In this document: piece by piece, positions 30,205 through 37,124 of the stretch | Layout of the letters: every line of letters begins with the position of its first letter | Position numbering within the stretch: the stretch's first letter is position 1 | Assembly (NCBI GenBank): GCA_964202365.1 | Contig: CAXNIN010000003.1 | Coordinates: 1 to 37,124 of the forward strand | DNA length: 37,124 bases | From: Myxococcota bacterium | GTDB lineage: Bacteria; Myxococcota_A; UBA796; SXON01 | Direction: 5' to 3' | Notes under the pieces: generated by a model | What the model saw: the letters and a program-made list of their open reading frames with translations, nothing else | The model's database searches: none | What the model was told of the DNA's origin: nothing | Program-made: the position numbers and the translations under genes

Positions 30205-31101
30205 CTACTTCAGCAGCCCGCGCGTGAGGCGCTCTTCGGTGTAGCCCTCGGCCCAGAGCAGGTACTGCTCCAGCTCGGCGCCCGTGGGCTGGCCCTTCCG
30301 CGGCTGGATGTGGCGCCCCAGCGCGGGCATCGACCACACCGGGCGTCCCGACGTCGTGTCGTAAATCACGGCGAGCACCTCGATGCGCGCGCCGGCCATC
30401 GATCCGTACGTCTGTCCGAGAAACCACCCGCCGTTGTGCGTCCAATACAAGCGGAGGTAAGGCACCAACACCCAACGTGCCTCCGCCACGGCGGCCGTCT
30501 GCGCGGCGTCGAGCGCGACGGGGACCAGCTCGCTTCGCGGGAGGTTGAGGTTGTCGGTGCCGTCGTCGGGGTGGAGCCCGCGCACGCGCCTACGCTCGGG
30601 AACCGGCGCGATCGCCGCCGTGGGAGGCCCGACCCGGATGCCGGCTGCGGTGAGCGCGCGGGGCACCATCTCGCCCAGCCAGCGAACGCCCTCCGCGCGG
30701 TACTCCGCCTCGAGCCCCATCTCGATCAGCCGCGCCCGCACCTCGAGGGCGACATCCCCCGTTCGGATGAAGCCGCCGCCGAAGCGGATGTTGCCGAAGT
30801 ACTCGTTGCGGAGGAACGCGGCGTCGCGCGGCGCGGTCGGGTCGAGCACCGTCGGCACCGCGAGGTGCTCTTCCCCGGCGCGCATCCGGCTCTCGATCTC
30901 GCCGAGCGCCGGAGACGGCGGGAATGGCGCCGCCGGGAGGTCCTGCACGGCTACCACCGGCGCGATCGCGACGCCCTCCGCGCGAATGCTCGCCGCGGTC
31001 CTCGCGTCGAGCGCGCCGGACGTGACGATGGGCACCTTCTTCGCGCACCCCGTGACGACGAGGAGGACGACGAGGAGGGCGCGAAACGGGCGGACGCTCA
31101 C
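30205..31101 (-). CDS. Hypothetical lipoprotein
   Basis: GTG 31101 overlaps the upstream TGA. MSVRPFRALLVVLLVVTGC lipobox. C-terminal RIEVLAVIYDTTSGRPVWS resembles CsgG/TolB-like alpha-beta lipoproteins. Confidence 0.75.
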   Translation of the reverse strand: MSVRPFRALLVVLLVVTGCAKKVPIVTSGALDARTAASIRAEGVAIAPVVAVQDLPAAPFPPSPALGEIESRMRAGEEHLAVPTVLDPTAPRDAAFLRNEYFGNIRFGGGFIRTGDVALEVRARLIEMGLEAEYRAEGVRWLGEMVPRALTAAGIRVGPPTAAIAPVPERRRVRGLHPDDGTDNLNLPRSELVPVALDAAQTAAVAEARWVLVPYLRLYWTHNGGWFLGQTYGSMAGARIEVLAVIYDTTSGRPVWSMPALGRHIQPRKGQPTGAELEQYLLWAEGYTEERLTRGLLK

Positions 31102-32090
31102 GCGGCCTCCGAGGGCTGGGCGTTGCGGCTGCGACCGACCACTTCGCGCAGGGACAGGCCTTCCCACACGAGGAAGAGGAGCCCAGTGCCGACCGTGAAC
31201 GCGAACTGACCGATATGGAGGAGCACCGCGAAGGTGCGCGCGCGGTCGCCGTCGGCGCCGAGCATCAGGAGGCTCGCGGAGCAGAAGGCCTCGAACCCGC
31301 CGAAGAAGCCGGGGGTCGGCGCGACGGTCATGCCGGAGAGGGTGACGGTCCACACCGTGAGCGCGTCGCCGGCCGAAGCCGGCAGTCCGGGGAACGCGCG
31401 CAGCGTGAGCTGAACCGCGAGCACGGTTACCGCCCAGATGACGACGGAGCTCGCGAGGACGCCGGTCATCGCGGCGGGCCGGCGCGCGAGCGCGAGGATG
31501 CCTTCGCGGAAGCGACGCAGGAACCCGCCGAGCGGGAGGCGGTCCGTGAGGCGGAGGATTGGCTCGCCGATGGCGAGGAGCGCGAGGAGGCCGACGGTTC
31601 CGAGCGCCACGAGCGTGCCGACGGCGCGCTGACCGGCCTCGAGCACGTCGATGCCCTGCACGACGATGCGTCCATCCGGGAGGTCCACGGCGAAGCCCAC
31701 CAGGAGCATCATCCCGAGCAGCATCAGCATGTCGACGAGCCGCTCGACGAAGATCGCGGCGAGCGCGGCGCCGAACGGGACGCCCTCCTTCTCGGCGAGG
31801 AGCGTCGGCCGGACGAACTCGCCCATCCGTAGGGGGACGACGTTGATGGCGAGGTAGCCGATCGAGAGGATGGAGAAGAGGCGCCAGAACGGAACGGGCA
31901 CGCCGAGGATGGCCCGCAGGCGGAGCACCCGGAGGGCGTGCGTCACGCAATAGAGCACGAAGACCGCGGGCATCCAGCCCCAGGCGAAGTCGCCGAGGCT
32001 CACCGCCACGACGTTCGGGTCGATCCCCCAGAGCACCCAACCGAGGGCCAACACCGTCACGACGAGGACGGCGGCGATCTTCAAGCGCAT
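31098..32090 (-). CDS. Lysylphosphatidylglycerol-synthase TM domain / flippase-like protein (UPF0104)
   Basis: LRVLRL, IGYLAINVVPLRMGEFVR, ERLVD and PTPGFFGGFE, with multiple TM helices. Confidence 0.88.
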   Translation of the reverse strand: MRLKIAAVLVVTVLALGWVLWGIDPNVVAVSLGDFAWGWMPAVFVLYCVTHALRVLRLRAILGVPVPFWRLFSILSIGYLAINVVPLRMGEFVRPTLLAEKEGVPFGAALAAIFVERLVDMLMLLGMMLLVGFAVDLPDGRIVVQGIDVLEAGQRAVGTLVALGTVGLLALLAIGEPILRLTDRLPLGGFLRRFREGILALARRPAAMTGVLASSVVIWAVTVLAVQLTLRAFPGLPASAGDALTVWTVTLSGMTVAPTPGFFGGFEAFCSASLLMLGADGDRARTFAVLLHIGQFAFTVGTGLLFLVWEGLSLREVVGRSRNAQPSEAA

Positions 32091-32091
32091 T

Positions 32092-32892
32092 TCAGGATGC
32101 CTTGTTCTGACCGGCCCGCCACGCGAGCTGACGCGGCCCGGGCGCGAGCGCCTGGAGGCCGACGAGGGAATGCGCGAGGTCCTGCTTGTCCTCGACGCCG
32201 TAGAGCTCGGGCGGGACGGGGCGGCTCACGTCCGTGCCGAAGATCACGTCCCACACCGGGAGCGCGTTGGCGTAGCAGCCGTCGTAAATCTGGCCCTCCC
32301 GGGTGTGGTGCCAGGAGTGGAACAACGGATTGTTGAACGCCTTGAACCAGAACCGACGAAACGCGGAGTCGAGCGGAAAGCGGACGTTCGCGTGCTCCAT
32401 GGAGTCGGCGACGATGCCGACGATGAGCGCGGCGGGGAGCGGCCAGCCAGGGGAAACCTGAAAGATCACGCCGAAGAGCACCGCGGGGATCGCCGCGAGC
32501 TGCACGAAGTCCACCACGTGCATCCGGAAGCCGGTGGTGGAGTCGAGCGTCTCGGCGGAGTGGTGTACCCGGTGGAACGACCACAGGAACTTCACGCGGT
32601 GATCTGCGTAATGCACCCAATAGCGCACGAAATCGAGCGCCAGGAACGCGACGAGGAACTGCGCGAACGCGGGGAGCGCGGTCAAATCGACGAGGCGCCC
32701 GGCCAGCGCTTCCGCGCCGAGCGCGACGGCCCCGAGCATGACCAGCTGCTTCCCGATGAACAGGATCGCGCCGTTCGTCAGGTTTACCCAGCTCTCCGCC
32801 GTGAGGAACCCCGCGCGCTTCTCCCGCGGCCAGAGCTGGCCGGCGATGAGCCCCAGCATGAGCACGAGCACTTGGGCAATCGTTGTCACCAT
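32092..32892 (-). CDS. Sterol desaturase / fatty acid hydroxylase family protein
   Basis: His boxes YWVHYADH, WSFHRVHHS, EHAN and FHSWHH, followed by WDVIFGT. Confidence 0.92.
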   Translation of the reverse strand: MVTTIAQVLVLMLGLIAGQLWPREKRAGFLTAESWVNLTNGAILFIGKQLVMLGAVALGAEALAGRLVDLTALPAFAQFLVAFLALDFVRYWVHYADHRVKFLWSFHRVHHSAETLDSTTGFRMHVVDFVQLAAIPAVLFGVIFQVSPGWPLPAALIVGIVADSMEHANVRFPLDSAFRRFWFKAFNNPLFHSWHHTREGQIYDGCYANALPVWDVIFGTDVSRPVPPELYGVEDKQDLAHSLVGLQALAPGPRQLAWRAGQNKAS

Positions 32893-33049
32893 GGGGTCCG
32901 CTTAACCGGTGGCGCGCCCGCGCCGGTGCCTTGCGCGCCCGCGGCCCGCACGCCCGCGCCGGCGCGCTGCCGACGCCGAACCGTGACGAAGGAACGGGCG
33001 GCACTCTCCGGACCGCGCGTTAGATGCCCGCCCCCGGAAGGAGTGCGCG

Positions 33050-34627
33050 ATGATCGTGGTCAGCAACGTGTCGAAAGGTTTCGGTGGGCGGCTGCTCTTC
33101 GAGTCCGTCACGACCTCGTTCGGCACCGGCAAGCGCTTCGGCCTGAGCGGCCCGAACGGCGCCGGCAAGTCGACGTTCATGAAGATTCTCATCGGCGATC
33201 TCGAGCCCGACAGCGGCACCGTCAGCCGCCCCAAGCGCATCGGCATCCTCCGGCAGGATCACTCGCTCTACGACGACATGCGCGTGATCGACACGGTCAT
33301 CTGCGGCAACAAGCGCCTGTGGGACGCCATCACCGAGAAGGAAGCCCTCCTCGCGAAGCCGGAACAGACCGACGCCGACGGCGAGAAGCTCGGTGACCTC
33401 GAGTGCCTCATCGCCGAGGAGGACGGCTACACCGCCGAGCCCGACGCCGCCGTGATGCTCGAGGGCCTCGGCATCCCGCAGGACTGGCAGGAGCGCCCGA
33501 TGAAGGAGCTCCAGGGCGGCTTCAAGCTGCGCGTGCTCCTCGCCCAGGCCCTGTTCGGCCGCCCGCACGCGCTCCTGCTCGACGAGCCCACCAACAGCCT
33601 CGACATCGAGTCGATTGCCTGGCTCGAGGACTTCCTCATCGCGTTCGACGGCGTGCTCGTGGTCATCTCCCACGACCGGCACTTCCTCAACGCCGTGTGC
33701 ACGCACATCGCCGACATCGACTACCAGACCATCATCCAGTACACCGGCAATTACGACGACATGGTTCGGGCGAAGGCGCAGATTCGCTCGCAGGTCGAGT
33801 CGAGCAACACGCGGAAGATGGAGAAGATCAAGCAGCTCCAGGACTTCGTTCAGAAGTTCGGCGCCGGCACCCGGTCCTCCCAGGCGGCGAGCCGCAAGAA
33901 GGAAATCGAGCGCCTCCGCCCCGACGAGGTGAAGCGCTCGAACATCGCGCGGCCCTACATCCGCTTCGACTACGAGAAGTCGAGCGGGCGCGACGTCCTC
34001 GAGATTCGCAAGCTCGCCGGCGGGTACGGCGAGAAGCGCATCTTCGGCGGCCTGAACCTCGACATCAGCCGCGGCGACAAGGTCGCCGTCATCGGGCGAA
34101 ACGGTTCTGGCAAGACGACGCTCATCCGCACGCTCCTCAAGGAGTTGCCGGCGCTGCAGGGCAGCATCAAGTGGGGCCACGAGACGAACCCCGGCTACTT
34201 CCCGCAGGACCACGAGCAGGAGATCCCGCCGGGCTTCACCGTGTTCGGCTGGATGTTCGAGCAGAAGCCCGTCGCCGGCAAGGAAGGCGTGCGCCAGGTG
34301 CTCGGCCGCATGTTGTTCTCGGGGGAAGACGGCGACAAGCCGACCGCAACGTTGTCCGGCGGCGAGCGCGTGCGCACGCTCCTCGCGCGGCTGATGCTGC
34401 TCCAGTTCAACGTGCTGGTGCTCGACGAGCCCACCAATCACATGGATCTCGAGGCCATCTCCGCGCTCCGCGACGGCATCGAGGCCTACCAGGGCACCTG
34501 CATCTTCGTCACGCACGACCGCGACCTCATCGAGACCGTCGCCACCAAGCTCCTCGTCGTCGACGGCGGGGGCAAGGTGGACGTGTACACGGGCGGGTAC
34601 GCCGAGTACCTCAAGACGAAGCGGTAG
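33050..34627 (+). CDS. ABC-F family ATPase (YbiT-like)
   Basis: Two NBDs (GPNGAGKST/LLDEPTN/SHDRHFL and GRNGSGKTT/LSGGE/LDEPTNH/THDR) with a YTGNYD linker. No TM segments. Confidence 0.95.
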   Translation: MIVVSNVSKGFGGRLLFESVTTSFGTGKRFGLSGPNGAGKSTFMKILIGDLEPDSGTVSRPKRIGILRQDHSLYDDMRVIDTVICGNKRLWDAITEKEALLAKPEQTDADGEKLGDLECLIAEEDGYTAEPDAAVMLEGLGIPQDWQERPMKELQGGFKLRVLLAQALFGRPHALLLDEPTNSLDIESIAWLEDFLIAFDGVLVVISHDRHFLNAVCTHIADIDYQTIIQYTGNYDDMVRAKAQIRSQVESSNTRKMEKIKQLQDFVQKFGAGTRSSQAASRKKEIERLRPDEVKRSNIARPYIRFDYEKSSGRDVLEIRKLAGGYGEKRIFGGLNLDISRGDKVAVIGRNGSGKTTLIRTLLKELPALQGSIKWGHETNPGYFPQDHEQEIPPGFTVFGWMFEQKPVAGKEGVRQVLGRMLFSGEDGDKPTATLSGGERVRTLLARLMLLQFNVLVLDEPTNHMDLEAISALRDGIEAYQGTCIFVTHDRDLIETVATKLLVVDGGGKVDVYTGGYAEYLKTKR

Positions 34628-35335
34628 ATGCGCCGCTGGTGGCCCCACGCCCGGGCGGTCATCGTCGCGTTTCACCTCGTGGCCATCACGCTCTCGGCCG
34701 TGCCGTCGCCCGAGGGCGGGCTGAACCGCGCCAACTGGAAAGACCCGACCGTCCAGGTGGAGCTCGCCGCGTGGGCGGGCCGCTTCGGGATGGCGCCCGC
34801 GGCGTTCGAGGAGCAGCTCTGGTCGGTCGCGAAGGCGTACGGCGGCATGTACTCCGACGTATTGGCCCCGATCCGGCCCTACGAGGCCCTCGCCGGCTCC
34901 GAGCAGAGCTGGAAGATGTTCGTGGCGCCGCACCGGTTCCCCACGCGCCTCGAGATCGCCGGCCGCGCCGGAGAGGGCCCGTGGGAGGTGCTGTTCGAGG
35001 AGTCGTCGGCCACCGCCACGTGGCGGCGCGAAACGCTCCGGCTCGAGCGCCTGCGGAGCGCGATCTTCCGCTGGGGCTGGCCGAACTATTCATCGTCCTG
35101 GACCCGCGGGTGTACGTCGCTCGGGGCGCTGGCCCTCGACGATCACCCCACCCTCACCGAGATCCGCTGCCGCTTCTACAAGGCCAAGTCCCCGTCGCCG
35201 GATGAGGCCCGCTCCGGCACGCTCCCTCCGGGCAAGTGGTGGGGCACCCGCGTCGTGAAGCGTGGCGCGGACGGCGTCGCGCAGCCCGCCGTCAAGGCCG
35301 CGGATGAACCGGTAGCCGCTGGGGCAGCCAAGTGA
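34628..35335 (+). CDS. Membrane-anchored HTTM partner protein (SdpA/DUF5819-like)
   Basis: Abuts the ABC-F stop. N-terminal TM VIVAFHLVAITLSAVP, a QSWKMFVAP motif, and two Cys. Confidence 0.65.
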   Translation: MRRWWPHARAVIVAFHLVAITLSAVPSPEGGLNRANWKDPTVQVELAAWAGRFGMAPAAFEEQLWSVAKAYGGMYSDVLAPIRPYEALAGSEQSWKMFVAPHRFPTRLEIAGRAGEGPWEVLFEESSATATWRRETLRLERLRSAIFRWGWPNYSSSWTRGCTSLGALALDDHPTLTEIRCRFYKAKSPSPDEARSGTLPPGKWWGTRVVKRGADGVAQPAVKAADEPVAAGAAK

Positions 35336-36297
35336 ACCTCTGGCGCCGCTGGGTCGCCCTGCTCGACCACCGCGAGCCCGCCACCGCGCTCGCGCTCTGC
35401 CGCATCGCCGTCGGGCTCATCGTCGCGCTCCACCTCGGGCGGATGCTGCTGCTGGACGCCGACCGCCTCGTGTGGGCCGATGCCAGCTTCGGCGGCCTCC
35501 GCACGCTCGAGCCCGGGTGGCTCGCGCACCTCGGGGGCCTCACCGCTCAGAACATCCGCGCGCTCACGGCCCTCACCACCTTCGCGGGCCTCACCTTCGC
35601 GTTCGGCCTCTACACACGGCTCTCGGGCATCGTCCTTTGGCTCGGGTTCCGCACCCTCGCCGACCTCAACGGGCACTCGGGCGGCGCGTACGACGAGCTG
35701 CTGAAGAACGAGCTCCTCCTGCTCGTCGTGTCCGGCTGCGGCGCCACGCTCTCGCTCGACGCGTGGCGCAGCGGCGTGACGCACGATAACACAGCTCCCG
35801 CGTGGCCCCGCTACGTGCTCGTGTTCCAGCTCGCGCTGATGTACTGGTCCACCGGCATGCAGAAGGTGTCCGACGGCTGGGTGCCCGGCGGCTCGGCCGA
35901 CGCCCTCTGGTACATCCTCCAGCAGCCCACGTGGCAGCGGATGCCGATGACCTGGGTGGCCCCCGCCTACCCGCTCACCCAGGTGGCGACGCTCGGCACG
36001 TGGCTCTTCGAGCAGGGCGCCCCGATCCTGCTCCTCGCGTTCTGGTTTCGGCGCACGCGCACCCGCCCCGGACGGCTCCGCGCGCTGTTCAACCGGCTCG
36101 ACGTGCGCGCGCTCTACCTCTTCACCGGCATCGCGATGCACGTCGGCATCGAGGCCACGATGGAGGTCGGCGCGTTCAGCGCGGCGAGCCTCGCGCTCTA
36201 CCTCTGCTGCTTCCACCCGGACGAGTGGGCGGCCCTCGGGCGCCGCCTCGGCCTCGTCCGGGTTTCGGCAGCGGCTACGGAGCGTCGACCGGCGTGA
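35332..36297 (+). CDS. HTTM-domain membrane protein (vitamin-K-dependent carboxylase-like / SdpB-like)
   Basis: LALCRIAVG, FGLYTRLS, SLDAW, PAWPRYVLVFQLALMYWSTGMQK..W..G, TWLFE and MHVGIEATMEVGAFS. GTGA overlap with the partner gene. Confidence 0.85.
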   Translation: MNLWRRWVALLDHREPATALALCRIAVGLIVALHLGRMLLLDADRLVWADASFGGLRTLEPGWLAHLGGLTAQNIRALTALTTFAGLTFAFGLYTRLSGIVLWLGFRTLADLNGHSGGAYDELLKNELLLLVVSGCGATLSLDAWRSGVTHDNTAPAWPRYVLVFQLALMYWSTGMQKVSDGWVPGGSADALWYILQQPTWQRMPMTWVAPAYPLTQVATLGTWLFEQGAPILLLAFWFRRTRTRPGRLRALFNRLDVRALYLFTGIAMHVGIEATMEVGAFSAASLALYLCCFHPDEWAALGRRLGLVRVSAAATERRPA

Positions 36298-37124
36298 GCG
36301 TCAGGCCGTCCTGGAGCACGGCGGTGATGTCCTCGGCGACGATGTAGATGCAGTACGGCTCGCCGTCCGCGCACGGCTCGCACGACACGCCGGCGCCGGC
36401 CGCGATCTCGCAGACGGCGGCGAGGTCGCCCGCGTCGCGACCGACGAGCGGCGCCATGTAGCGCGAGTCGCCGAGGCCGCTGCCGACGCCGCGCTCGATG
36501 GCGGTGCCGTCCGCCGTGAACGTGCCGGAGAGGTGGAACTCCTCGATCGGGATGAGGATGCCGTTGTAGCTAAGCGTGATGTACTCGGCGAACGCCTCGA
36601 AGTACGGCTGCTCGGAGAAGTCCCCGGCGGGGAAGTCCCAGGTCTCTTCCGAGATCACCTGCGTGTAGGTGCCGTCGTTCTCGAGCTCGCCGACGCCGCC
36701 GAGCAGGTCGAGGGTGGTCTCGTCGGCCGCCGTGACGGAGATGAGCAGGGGGAGCGTCAGGTAGCTCGATGCGAGCAGATCGAGGAACGCGGGCTCGGTG
36801 ATCGTGGAGTCCGAAAGCCGGAAGACGTAGGTGTTGCCGACCATGTCCTCCGCGCCCACCGCGAGCGGAGCGCCGAGGCTCGACGTCGTGAAGCTCGCGC
36901 TGGACGCCGCGCCGCACACGTCCACCGAGAGCGTGTACGTGCTCTCGGCGTCGAGCACCGTCGTGAGGAAGGCCTGCACGTTTCCGTCGGTCCACTCGGT
37001 CTCGAACGGGACTTCCGCGCCGCCAGCGTCGGTGAGCGAGAGGTCGGCCGACGACCCGTCGCCCTCGAAGCTGACCACGATCGGGTCGCGGTAGTACACG
37101 GCGGTCGCGCCGTCCGCCGGCTCG
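36275..37124 (-). CDS. Ig-like-domain surface protein (5' end outside the window)
   Basis: The frame is open to the window edge. EPADGATAVYYRDPIVVSF...LDAESTYTLSV..C..SFTT is Big_5-like. Acidic, with a C-terminal four-Cys cluster. Confidence 0.7.
   Translation of the reverse strand, partial: EPADGATAVYYRDPIVVSFEGDGSSADLSLTDAGGAEVPFETEWTDGNVQAFLTTVLDAESTYTLSVDVCGAASSASFTTSSLGAPLAVGAEDMVGNTYVFRLSDSTITEPAFLDLLASSYLTLPLLISVTAADETTLDLLGGVGELENDGTYTQVISEETWDFPAGDFSEQPYFEAFAEYITLSYNGILIPIEEFHLSGTFTADGTAIERGVGSGLGDSRYMAPLVGRDAGDLAAVCEIAAGAGVSCEPCADGEPYCIYIVAEDITAVLQDGLTLTPVDAP

Overview
A very GC-rich (about 70% by eye), densely coding bacterial chromosomal segment. It is probably from Myxococcota, because a secreted peptidase carries a MYXO-CTERM-type tail. 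About 36 real CDSs can be separated from many antisense and off-frame shadow ORFs. Housekeeping genes include a gph-like HAD hydrolase, an ECF sigma factor, khpA, hutU, rpoZ, groES-groEL, pssA, aspartate kinase, truD, an ABC-F ATPase and a two-component system. They are interleaved with many envelope or exported proteins of unknown function. I saw no tRNA, rRNA, CRISPR array, transposase, integrase or prophage. The most notable observations are: (1) a lipoprotein fusing a degenerate UshA/calcineurin-like domain with a CGC motif to a four-CxxCH cytochrome; (2) a TPR protein ending in two ClpX-type C4 zinc fingers, divergent from a lone Flp-like pilin; (3) an SdpAB-like HTTM protein plus partner, coupled to an ABC-F gene; (4) six exported proteins with ultra-short signal peptides that lack basic residues; (5) an uncharacterised gene pair with a degenerate zincin-like motif heading the rpoZ gene run; (6) a hairpin over the groES ribosome-binding site, plus a GroEL with a His tail instead of GGM repeats. 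All family assignments come from motif recognition by eye, not from database searches.
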